Source of the DNA: Deltaproteobacteria bacterium
GTDB lineage: Bacteria > Myxococcota > Kuafuiibacteriia > Kuafuiibacteriales > Kuafuiibacteriaceae
Reading direction: 5' to 3'
DNA length: 64,000 nucleotides
Assembly: GCA_040218735.1 (NCBI GenBank)
Contig: JAVJQW010000057.1
Location: 32,001 to 96,000 of the forward strand
The notes beneath the pieces are model-generated. The model saw only the letters and a list, made by a program, of their open reading frames with translations. It was not told the origin of the DNA and made no database searches. Below, in pieces: positions 9,235-17,768 of this stretch. Every line of letters starts with the position of its first letter. Position 1 is the first letter of the stretch. The position numbers were made by a program, and so were the translations under genes.

Positions 9235-10017
9235 TCAGCGGACGAGGCCCTCGAGCACGGCCTTCACGCGCTCCGGCTCGAACGGTTTGTCGCAGATGTC
9301 CGAGACCCCCGCGTCGCGCACGGCGGCGAGGCGCACCGCGTCGCGCTCGCTGGTCACCATCATCACCGGGATGCTGCGCTGACTGCTCTCGTTGCGGATG
9401 TGCTCGAGGAGGCCCTGCCCGTCGAGGTTGGGCATGTTGTAGTCGGTGATCACCACGTCGAAGAACGCGCTCGAGAGGTGCTCAACCGCCTCGCGGCCGT
9501 CCTGCGCCTCCGTGATGTGGCAGACGCCGAGCCCCGCGAGGACCTTCGCCATGTAGCGCCGCGCGGCGGCGCTGTCGTCGACGAGCAGGACGTGCATCGA
9601 CTCGAGATCGGGCAGCTGCGGCTCCACGGTGGGATCGAGGATCTCCATGACGCGCACCAGGGCCCGCTCGAAATCCGAAGGCGCACAGGGCTTCGAGAGC
9701 ATCGCGGTCACGCCGCACTGGCGCACCGGCTCGAGCAAACGCACGTCGCGCTCGCTCGAGAGGAGCACGAAGGGGACGTCGCGATAGCGCTCGTCCTGCC
9801 GCATGCGAACGACGAGATCCGCACCCGACTCGCCCTCCATGTGTAAGGCCGAGACCACGAGGTCCGCGCCGCGATCCGCGAGCTCTCGCATCGCAGCCTC
9901 GCAGCCGTCCGCCGCCTGGACGTTCCACACACCGAGACCTCCGAGCTGCTCGACGAGAATCCGCTGCTGGACGTGAGAGGGCTCCACCAGCAGCACTCGG
10001 AGGTCCGAGAAGTTCAT
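9235..10017 (-). CDS. Response regulator with two receiver domains
   Basis: REC1 RVLLVEPS..DLVVSALHM (acceptor Asp absent); REC2 VLLVDDS..VITDYNMP..KPF (canonical). Start could be 10029. Confidence 0.88.
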   Translation of the reverse strand: MNFSDLRVLLVEPSHVQQRILVEQLGGLGVWNVQAADGCEAAMRELADRGADLVVSALHMEGESGADLVVRMRQDERYRDVPFVLLSSERDVRLLEPVRQCGVTAMLSKPCAPSDFERALVRVMEILDPTVEPQLPDLESMHVLLVDDSAAARRYMAKVLAGLGVCHITEAQDGREAVEHLSSAFFDVVITDYNMPNLDGQGLLEHIRNESSQRSIPVMMVTSERDAVRLAAVRDAGVSDICDKPFEPERVKAVLEGLVR

Positions 10018-10163
10018 GTTTCGTCCCATCGGACGCAGGACGTGCGTACCTAAGCCCCGACCGGAGAAAAGGTAGCGGGTTGTCCCATTTCGGACGTTCC
10101 GAAAACGAACACCGGCCCAGGAGAATACTCCCGAAACCACCGACACCTCCGAAGGGAGGTGAT

Positions 10164-11543
10164 GTGCAGCTTCGCGAACCCACGGAGAGCTTCGTTCCGC
10201 CCGCCACGACGGACCTCGGCACCGCCGACCTCGCCGCGCCCATCTCGGACGATCGCCGCGGCGCCATCGCCGGTGTCTGTCTTCACGCTGTGCTCGCCAC
10301 CGCGGCGGGTCCCTACATCGATCCACAGAAGCTGAGCGCGTTCATCGACGGGCGCCTCGACCAGCTCTACGACGGACGCCACTTCGACTTCGCACCGGTG
10401 CTCCGCGCTCTGCTGAAGATCGAAGGGGTCAGCGAGCACGACCTCTACGTCGGCATCGTGAACCTGATCGGTCAGCTCTCCGCGATGGACGTCATCATGG
10501 AAGAGCCGCGCATGTCGCTCGACGCGGCGACCCGGCGCCGTCTCCTCGACATGGCGCGCGCCGCGACCGAAACCGCGCGCGCGACGTTCGAGCGTCGGAG
10601 GCTCCGCGCCGCCGTCGCCAAGTTGGATCGGAAACGCCTCGGCGACCTCCTCGTCGAAGCGCAGCTGATCGGCACCAACCAACTCGTCGCGGCGCTCGCC
10701 GCGCAGGAGCAACACGGAGGTCGCCTCGGAACGAACCTCATCGAGATGGGCTTCGTCGAGCCGTCGGACCTCGCGCACTTCCTGAGCAGCCAACTCGAGC
10801 TCCCGTGTGTCACGGCCATCGGCCAGATCGAACGCGACGTGCTCGACCTCGTGCCCCCCGAGCTCGCCGCTCGCCACAAGGTGTTCCCGATCGAGCTGAA
10901 GGACGACGCCATCGTCCTCGCGATGGCGGACCCGGCGAACCTCGCCGCCATCGAAGACGTCGAGCGACTCAGCGGACGCGTCGTACGACCGAGCGTGGCA
11001 CCCGAGCTCGTCATCACCTACGCGCTCGCCCGCTACTATCAGCACCGGCAGCCGACGCGCATTCGCGTCCACGCCGTCGCGCCGCGCATCCCCGCGACGC
11101 GCTCGGCGACGGCGTACGGGCTCCACGAGCTGGCCGGCGACTTCGCACGCGCGGACGATCACCTCGACATCCTCGCGATGGCGCAGCGGTACATGATGGA
11201 GCGCTACGCGGCCTCCGCCGTCTTCGACGTCGCGGACGGCGTCGTGCACGGCTTCTCCGCGGCGGGCGTGGAAGGCGCCAACGACATCCGGAGCCGCTTC
11301 GTCGCCAGCGATGGGGAGCTCCCCGAAGACGAGTGGTTCGTCGAGACACTCGGCCTGGACGAAGCGCCGGTGCACGTCATCGGGATCCGATCGGACGAAG
11401 ACGACCTGGTCGCGATCCTCGTCGGCGCACACCCGAACGCGACCATCCCCAGCGTGGAGCTTCATCGACTCGCCGCACTCACCGCGAGCGCGCTGCGCAT
11501 GGTCGAGCTCCGCGAAGCGATATTGATGGTCGCCGACAGCTGA
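10164..11543 (+). CDS. MshEN (GspE N-terminal, c-di-GMP-binding) domain protein without ATPase
   Basis: RLGDLLVEAQLI..QLVAALAAQ..GGRLGTNLIEMG and LAMADP; no Walker A. GTG start after GGAGGTG. Confidence 0.8.
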   Translation: MQLREPTESFVPPATTDLGTADLAAPISDDRRGAIAGVCLHAVLATAAGPYIDPQKLSAFIDGRLDQLYDGRHFDFAPVLRALLKIEGVSEHDLYVGIVNLIGQLSAMDVIMEEPRMSLDAATRRRLLDMARAATETARATFERRRLRAAVAKLDRKRLGDLLVEAQLIGTNQLVAALAAQEQHGGRLGTNLIEMGFVEPSDLAHFLSSQLELPCVTAIGQIERDVLDLVPPELAARHKVFPIELKDDAIVLAMADPANLAAIEDVERLSGRVVRPSVAPELVITYALARYYQHRQPTRIRVHAVAPRIPATRSATAYGLHELAGDFARADDHLDILAMAQRYMMERYAASAVFDVADGVVHGFSAAGVEGANDIRSRFVASDGELPEDEWFVETLGLDEAPVHVIGIRSDEDDLVAILVGAHPNATIPSVELHRLAALTASALRMVELREAILMVADS

Positions 11544-11565
11544 ACGCGCTAACGCTGAGCCCGCG

Positions 11566-12477
11566 GTGAAAGCGGACTGGCCCGAGCTCTCCGACCTGAT
11601 CCTCGACACCGACCCGAGCACACTCGAGCGTCGCCCGGTCGAACGCGCCCACGTCGAGTCGGTCCTCGCCACCCACGGCATGGGGAGCGCCCGCCGCGTC
11701 CTCGACCGCATCGGCGGCGGCGACACCCTCGACCCCGCCGAGGTCGATCAGATCCTCGTCCGCTCCCACGCCGAGCTGCAGCGACTCGCGTTCGAGTTCC
11801 GCAACGGCCACCGGCTGCTCATGCTCATGCGACCGCTGCTGGACGTCCTCGCGCAGACGACCGAGCACCTGCGCGTCGTCGACATCGGCTGCGGGATGGG
11901 CTTCCTGCTCCGGTGGGTCGCAGCGCACGGGCGCCTCGGGCCGAACGTGGAGCTCGTCGGCTGTGACTTCAATCCGACGCTCATCCGCGCCGCGCAGGCG
12001 CTCGCCGAAGAGGAGCGATTGGCGTGTGAGTTCCGCGTCGCGAACGCCTTCACGCTGGAGCGCTCCGCGGACATCTACATCTCGAGCGGCGTCCTCCACC
12101 ACTTCCGCGGCGAAGACCTCGATCGGTTCTTTGCCATGCAGGCCAAGGCCGGCGCGCGCGCGATGCTCCACCTCGACATCAAGGCGTCGTGGGCCGCGCC
12201 CATCGGCGCGTGGATCTTTCACCGCGCGCGAATGCGCGAGCCGCTCGCCCAACACGACGGCGTGCTCTCCGCGGTGCGCGCCCACCCCCGCGACGCGCTG
12301 CTCACCGCCTCGAGGAACGCCGGGCGACCGCTGCGTTACACATTGTTCGACGGGCGCCCTTCGCCGCTCCCCATCCTCCGAACGCTGAACGTCGTCGTGG
12401 GGATCGCACCCGAGCTCGAGGGCCCGTACGTCGAGGCGCTCGGTCCGCTCGCGAAGCGACTGGAGGCGTTCGGATGA
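11566..12477 (+). CDS. Class I SAM-dependent methyltransferase
   Basis: VVDIGCGMG, LVGCD, SGVLHHF, HDGVLSAVRA. Confidence 0.88.
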   Translation: MKADWPELSDLILDTDPSTLERRPVERAHVESVLATHGMGSARRVLDRIGGGDTLDPAEVDQILVRSHAELQRLAFEFRNGHRLLMLMRPLLDVLAQTTEHLRVVDIGCGMGFLLRWVAAHGRLGPNVELVGCDFNPTLIRAAQALAEEERLACEFRVANAFTLERSADIYISSGVLHHFRGEDLDRFFAMQAKAGARAMLHLDIKASWAAPIGAWIFHRARMREPLAQHDGVLSAVRAHPRDALLTASRNAGRPLRYTLFDGRPSPLPILRTLNVVVGIAPELEGPYVEALGPLAKRLEAFG

Positions 12478-12986
12478 TCCTCGTCCTCCTCGGCGTGCTC
12501 GCGCTGGTCGACGGCGCCTTCTGCGGCTTCCGCGCGTCGGCCGGCCGCAACCCGCGCATCTTCCTGTGGCCCTACTACGCGACCGCGATGCGCCGCGGGC
12601 TCGCGTTCGCCGCCGTCTTCGTCGTCGTGTTCCTCGGCGCAGGGCTCGCGGTTCGGTTCGGCGTCTCGCAGGCGACGTGGAACGCGCTCGAGATCGCCGC
12701 GTCCTCGATGGTGCAAGTGTACGGCGTCTACGCGACGCTCGTCCTCGCGGCGCTCGCGCTCTACGGCTTCGGTGCGTTCGACCTCTCGGTGCTCGCGACC
12801 GTCATCGTGCTCGGGCCCTTTACGCTCATTCGCCCGCTCGTGATCCTCGGCGGCGCGATCTACGGCGCATCACGAACGGACGACCCGATCGTGTGGCTCT
12901 TCGCGATCGCGGCGGCGTTCGTGATGATGTCGTTCGAACGCATCATCGCGCTGGGGCGCCCGCCCTGGCACGACACGATGCCCTGA
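12474..12986 (+). CDS. Hypothetical integral membrane protein
   Basis: ATGA overlap with the methyltransferase stop; about 4-5 hydrophobic segments; GGAGG RBS. Confidence 0.75.
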   Translation: MILVLLGVLALVDGAFCGFRASAGRNPRIFLWPYYATAMRRGLAFAAVFVVVFLGAGLAVRFGVSQATWNALEIAASSMVQVYGVYATLVLAALALYGFGAFDLSVLATVIVLGPFTLIRPLVILGGAIYGASRTDDPIVWLFAIAAAFVMMSFERIIALGRPPWHDTMP

Positions 12987-12988
12987 GC

Positions 12989-14425
12989 TCACCGTCGCCA
13001 CTGTCGAGGCAGCGGTCGCTCCTCCACCTCGAGCGCGGTCGTCGTCGAGGTCGTGACGTTCAGCCAGGGCCGCGTCGCCCAGGCGTTGCTCGCGTGCTCC
13101 TCCACGAAGCGCACGCGCGCGCCTTCGTCGACGACGAGGGTCGCCGTCGGCTCCAGCCGGCGTCGCCCCAGGTGAAGCGCCGGCAACACCGCGACGCGCC
13201 GGGTGCGCACTTCGAACTCGATCGGCTCGGGCAGCGTCACGGACACGCGGCCGACGTGCACGGCGTTCAGTCGGTAGTGCCCCGGCTCGACGAGCATCGG
13301 GCCCGTCTGCACGTGGTGGTACTTCACATCGAACCCGAACTGCGTCTCGGTCAGCTCCACGGTGACCGGCTCGACGGGGACGGAGGTCGTGGAGCTGTCG
13401 ACGCGGAGCACCACGAGCCCATCGCCGGGCGAGTGGCGCGTCGAACGCGGCGACGCTTCGCCGCGGCGCCCTCCGGTTCCGAGCGTCCACACCGAGTCCT
13501 CACGCGCCACCTCGGGTGGCGCTTCGAACTGGGCGTCGCGAAAGCCCCCCCTGGCGTGGATCGCCACGAGGAATCGTCCGTCCGCGCGTGCGCCGGAGCC
13601 GACGCCGCCGTGCGCCACGGGGACCTCGTAGCCCGCAGTCAGCCCGAGCGCTTCGTACCAGTCGTGGTCTGCGTTCTCGCCGCGTCGGTATGTCGTGATC
13701 GTCGCGCCGAACACAGCGACCATCTGACGGCTCGCACCCGCGTAGGAGATCGTGCTGCGCACCGAGCTCTCCACCGTCGGCACCACGTGAAGTGCGCGGT
13801 CCGGCGACACCGCGAAGAGCTCGACCGGCGCCGCGACGAGCGCGTCGCCCCACAGCGCGCCGTCGACCGGGTTGACGTTCACCGGGTCGACGTAGGTCCA
13901 CGCTTCACCGCCCAAGGACGCCGTCCAGAGCAGCGGCCCGACGTCACCGCGGGCCGCGATCCCCGCGGTCGCGCCGTACGTGCTCGGCGCGTAGAGCGAC
14001 AGGTCGTGATCGAAGGCCAGCGCAACGCGCGACCCATCGCCGGACGTGTTCGCACGTACCCCGGCGAGCCACCCGAACGTGAAGTGCTCGCTGTCGTAGA
14101 GGACCCCCTGCGTCTCGAGCCCAACCGCGTCGAGCCCCGTGCCGAACAGCTCGTGCTCGGACCCGATCGTGAAGCCGAGCACCAGCTCGACGAACAGGAG
14201 ATCGAAGCGATATTCGCCGAGCATCGCGGTCGGCCCCTCGACCCCGATGTTCCGCCCGAAGCCGAGCCGCATCCCGACCTCGGGTGCGAGGACACGCGCG
14301 TGCAGCGGGGCGACGAGGCCGATGCGATCGAAGTTGCGTCCCTCGGTCTTCCGCGTGAAGGACGGCTCCGCCGAGACCGTCGCGGTCTGGGCGCAGAGCA
14401 AGGCGGCGACGAGCGCCTCCATCAA
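12989..14425 (-). CDS. Exported hypothetical protein, beta-rich (possibly outer membrane)
   Basis: Short signal-like N-terminus; alternating hydrophobic strands; 4-bp overlap with the upstream gene. Confidence 0.6.
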   Translation of the reverse strand: MMEALVAALLCAQTATVSAEPSFTRKTEGRNFDRIGLVAPLHARVLAPEVGMRLGFGRNIGVEGPTAMLGEYRFDLLFVELVLGFTIGSEHELFGTGLDAVGLETQGVLYDSEHFTFGWLAGVRANTSGDGSRVALAFDHDLSLYAPSTYGATAGIAARGDVGPLLWTASLGGEAWTYVDPVNVNPVDGALWGDALVAAPVELFAVSPDRALHVVPTVESSVRSTISYAGASRQMVAVFGATITTYRRGENADHDWYEALGLTAGYEVPVAHGGVGSGARADGRFLVAIHARGGFRDAQFEAPPEVAREDSVWTLGTGGRRGEASPRSTRHSPGDGLVVLRVDSSTTSVPVEPVTVELTETQFGFDVKYHHVQTGPMLVEPGHYRLNAVHVGRVSVTLPEPIEFEVRTRRVAVLPALHLGRRRLEPTATLVVDEGARVRFVEEHASNAWATRPWLNVTTSTTTALEVEERPLPRQWRR

Positions 14426-15474
14426 AACTCCATGATCGCCGACGCGCGGTCCGTCGCGAGGTCGTAACGAATGTACGGTTGATCGTCACGGTCCGAGCGC
14501 CAGACCACGTGACCACCGTCGGTGACGAAGCCGCCGAGCATCTCCGACTCGAGCTCGGTGCGCCGCTCACCGGTGCGGAGGTGTGTCGCGCTCAGCTTGT
14601 CGTCGTCCGCGACGACGAGCCACCCCGCTTCGACTTCGAACTGCGCGTCGACGGGGAGCACCGCCGTGGGTTCCTCCGAGGTCAGCGCGGTCGTCGCGGA
14701 CGTGACGAAGACCTCCTGGCGATCGGTGTAGTAGTACGCCCAGCCGAGGTTGTCGCCCTGCGGCGACGGGTGAAAGATCGCCGCCGTGCCGGACCACACC
14801 CGGGACACGCTGCGGTCCACGGTGTCGACGACCATCAGGTCGGAGGGGCACAAGACGTCGAGGCCGAGCGGCTCGCCCTCCGTCCAACAATTACGCGGTG
14901 AGCGCATCACATCGACGAAGAGCACCCGTGTGCCGTCGGTCGCGAGGGAGCGGAAGAACCGTCCGCGGGCGGCGACGGTGGAGCGGGTCGTCAGGCGGAC
15001 CTCCTCCTGAGCATCGAGGTCGTAGCCGTACAGGTCGACGGCACAGTCCGGGTCCTGATCGGAGCCGAAGCACGCACCGTCGGAGTCGTGGCGCCGGTCG
15101 AGCCATACGAGCATGCGACCGGCGACCTCCAGGTCGCTGCGCGGTTGGGCGTCGTCGAGGAGCGTCGTCGCTTCACCCGAGTCCGGGTCGACCGCGACCA
15201 GCGCCGAACAATCCGTCGGGCAGTCCCGCCGCACGAGCGCCCACACGCCGTCCGCGTTGGCGATCCAGTCCCTGCCCGGCAGCGGCACCCGTCGGCATTC
15301 CCACGGCTGATGGAAGCTCGGCGTGCCGATGAAGGCATCGGTCGACTCGGTGCAGAGCGCGAGCTCCTCGCCCCGCCGCATCTGCATGGTCGCATCGCGA
15401 TAGCGGAAGGAGCCTCCGTTGACCCCGCACGCGGCGACGCAGGCGAGCAGCGGGAGCCATGCACGTGCGCTCAC
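14422..15474 (-). CDS. Lipoprotein, probable beta-propeller
   Basis: Lipobox VAAC; repeated blade-like motifs LVWLDRRH, DLYGYDL, VLFVD, VVWRS. Confidence 0.65.
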   Translation of the reverse strand: MSARAWLPLLACVAACGVNGGSFRYRDATMQMRRGEELALCTESTDAFIGTPSFHQPWECRRVPLPGRDWIANADGVWALVRRDCPTDCSALVAVDPDSGEATTLLDDAQPRSDLEVAGRMLVWLDRRHDSDGACFGSDQDPDCAVDLYGYDLDAQEEVRLTTRSTVAARGRFFRSLATDGTRVLFVDVMRSPRNCWTEGEPLGLDVLCPSDLMVVDTVDRSVSRVWSGTAAIFHPSPQGDNLGWAYYYTDRQEVFVTSATTALTSEEPTAVLPVDAQFEVEAGWLVVADDDKLSATHLRTGERRTELESEMLGGFVTDGGHVVWRSDRDDQPYIRYDLATDRASAIMEF

Positions 15475-15523
15475 GCTTCATGAGTGCCGCGTCGGACCCG
15501 GTTTTATCCAGGAAAGTTTCGAG

Positions 15524-16162
15524 TCAGCGCAGCAGGTGCCCGAGTCGGGCGCGCTTCGCGTCGAGGTAGCCCTTCGCGTGTTCGTTGACCTCGACCACGA
15601 CGGGCTCGCGGCGCACGACCTCGATGCCGTGGTCCTCGAGCCCCTTCACCTTGTCCGGGTTGTTGGTCATCAGCGCGACGCTCTCGACGCCGAGGTCCGC
15701 GAACATCGCGGCGGCGATGTCGTAGGTTCGAAGGTCCGTCTCGAAGCCGAGCTGGTGGTTGGCGTCGACGGTGTCCGCGCCCTGCTCCTGCAGCGCGTAC
15801 GCGCGGATCTTGTTGCCCAGGCCGATACCCCGGCCCTCTTGCCGCAGGTAGACCAGGATGCCCGCGCCGGCCGCCTGGATGCGGTCGAGCGCGAAGTGGA
15901 GCTGATCGTCGCAGTCACACTTGAGCGAGCCGAAGACCTCGGAGGTCACACACTCGCTGTGCACCCGCGTGAGGACGTCGCGGGGCCCCGGGTCGCCGAA
16001 GACCAGCGCCACGTGCTCCATGCGTTCGTCCACCTCGCCATCGACCGACTCGCGGTACACGACGAAGCGCGCCTCGCCGTGGTGGGTGGGCACGTTCGCC
16101 TCCGCGAAACGTACCACTGTGCGCCCGGCGGGAGCGGCGGCCCTTTTGGATGGCAGGATCAT
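15524..16162 (-). CDS. ribA: GTP cyclohydrolase II
   Basis: RVHSECVTSEVFGSLKCDC, YLRQEGRGIGL, LMTNNPDK. Confidence 0.96.
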   Translation of the reverse strand: MILPSKRAAAPAGRTVVRFAEANVPTHHGEARFVVYRESVDGEVDERMEHVALVFGDPGPRDVLTRVHSECVTSEVFGSLKCDCDDQLHFALDRIQAAGAGILVYLRQEGRGIGLGNKIRAYALQEQGADTVDANHQLGFETDLRTYDIAAAMFADLGVESVALMTNNPDKVKGLEDHGIEVVRREPVVVEVNEHAKGYLDAKRARLGHLLR

Positions 16163-16275
16163 GGGACGGCGGAGTTGGGTAGGAGCGGCTGCTCTCGTTA
16201 GTGACGCTGTCAAGGGTACTCCAGGTTGTCAACGACGCTTGACCGCGGGGCCTACGACGAGGTTGTTCGAATCGC

Positions 16276-16896
16276 GTGCCGCAACAAAGCGACAACTCGA
16301 ATCCTTCCCGCACCGGGACGGTCGATCTGTCGGCGGCCCAGGAAGCCATCCGGGCGCTGCTCGTCGCGCTCGGATTCGATCCGTCTGAACCGGCGCTCAG
16401 TACGACCCCGGCCCGCGCGAGCGAAGCCTTCGTCGAGGCGCTCACCCGCGGTTACGCGCAGGACCCCGTCGAAGCGCTCGGCAGGGGATTTCCGACGACC
16501 GCGAGCGGCCCGGTGATCGCGGCCGGCATACCGCTGTTGTTCGTGTGCCCGCACCACCTGATGCCGGCGCGCGGCGTGGCCCACCTCGGCTTCGTCCCGA
16601 CGGGGCGCGCGCCGGGCCTGTCGCGGATCACGCGGATGGTCGACGTGCTGTCGCGGCGCCTGGTCCTGCAGGAAGACCTGACCGAACAGCTCGCGGCGAC
16701 GTTGTCGGAAGGCCTCGACGCGAAGGCGACGATCGCGATCGTCGAAGCCCAACACGGGTGCGTCGCGCTCGAAGACTTCGCGCAGCGAGACACGTGTTTC
16801 ATGACGCGCGCGGAGCGCGGCGACGCGGCGCTCGTGCGTTCGATGGCCGACCAGATCGGTGCTAGGTTGAAGTCGTGCGGGACGTCTGCCTTCTAG
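16276..16896 (+). CDS. folE: GTP cyclohydrolase I (divergent)
   Basis: TTPAR, CPHH, GLSRITRMVD, LQEDLT, AQHGC; Zn ligands retained. Confidence 0.85.
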   Translation: MPQQSDNSNPSRTGTVDLSAAQEAIRALLVALGFDPSEPALSTTPARASEAFVEALTRGYAQDPVEALGRGFPTTASGPVIAAGIPLLFVCPHHLMPARGVAHLGFVPTGRAPGLSRITRMVDVLSRRLVLQEDLTEQLAATLSEGLDAKATIAIVEAQHGCVALEDFAQRDTCFMTRAERGDAALVRSMADQIGARLKSCGTSAF

Positions 16897-17768
16897 CGAG
16901 CGACCGGCGCGCGCGCCTGGAGATCGCCATCGCGGTCACGACCGAAGTCGGCCGCGCCGCGCAGCGCGCCCACGGCTTCGGGACGACGTCGGCGATCGGG
17001 CTCGGACGCCTCCTCACCGCCACCGGGCTCCTCGCGCTGACGTCGAAGCGCCCGGGCACGACGAGCGTGCAGATCCTCGCGAAGGGTCGCGTCGGTCAGC
17101 TCTACGCGGACGCCACGGAGAACGGCGAGGTCCGCGGCTACAGCCGTAAGCCCAAGCTGATGTACCCGCTCATCGCAAAGGACCAACGCCTGGAGCGCGC
17201 ATCGATCGGCGCGATGGTCATGCCCGGTACGGTGTCGGTCGTGCGCTCGAACGCGAAGGGTGAGTACGTGCAGAGCGCGTCCCCCCTCACGAGCGGAGAG
17301 ATCGACCGCGACGTCGAGTCGTTCATCGCGCAATCCGAGCAGATCCCCACGGTCGTCGCGTGTGAGACGCTCCTCGACGGCGAGGGCGACGTGTTCGTCG
17401 CGGGCGGCGTGCTCGTGCGCGCGATGCCCGACAGTGACCTCGAAGCGCTCTACGACCTCCGCGACCGACTCGTGGACGGCGCGCTCGCGAAGCTCCTCGT
17501 GTCGAGCGAGGACATCGCGACACTCTTCGCTGCGGTCGCGCCCGGCGCCGAGCTCGTGGAGCCCGAGACGAAGATCGTCTGGAAGTGTCGTTGTTCGTTC
17601 GAGCGGGTGCTCGGCGCGTTCGAGCTGCTCGGACCGGAAGACCTCGCGGACATGGCGTCGAAGAACGAACCCACGGGTGTGGACTGTGACTTCTGCGGCC
17701 AGCACTACGAGGTGACGTCGGCGCAGGTGATGGAGATCTTCAAGTCGAAGATTCAGGCGCACGGATGA
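16875..17768 (+). CDS. hslO: Hsp33 redox-regulated chaperone
   Basis: LGRLLTA, SGEI..D, QSEQIPT and the C-terminal CRC...CDFC zinc switch. Confidence 0.93.
   Translation: MRDVCLLASDRRARLEIAIAVTTEVGRAAQRAHGFGTTSAIGLGRLLTATGLLALTSKRPGTTSVQILAKGRVGQLYADATENGEVRGYSRKPKLMYPLIAKDQRLERASIGAMVMPGTVSVVRSNAKGEYVQSASPLTSGEIDRDVESFIAQSEQIPTVVACETLLDGEGDVFVAGGVLVRAMPDSDLEALYDLRDRLVDGALAKLLVSSEDIATLFAAVAPGAELVEPETKIVWKCRCSFERVLGAFELLGPEDLADMASKNEPTGVDCDFCGQHYEVTSAQVMEIFKSKIQAHG

Noticed and set aside
10080-11543. GspE/PilB secretion ATPase
   Set aside because: Only the MshEN region is present; no Walker A or B motifs.
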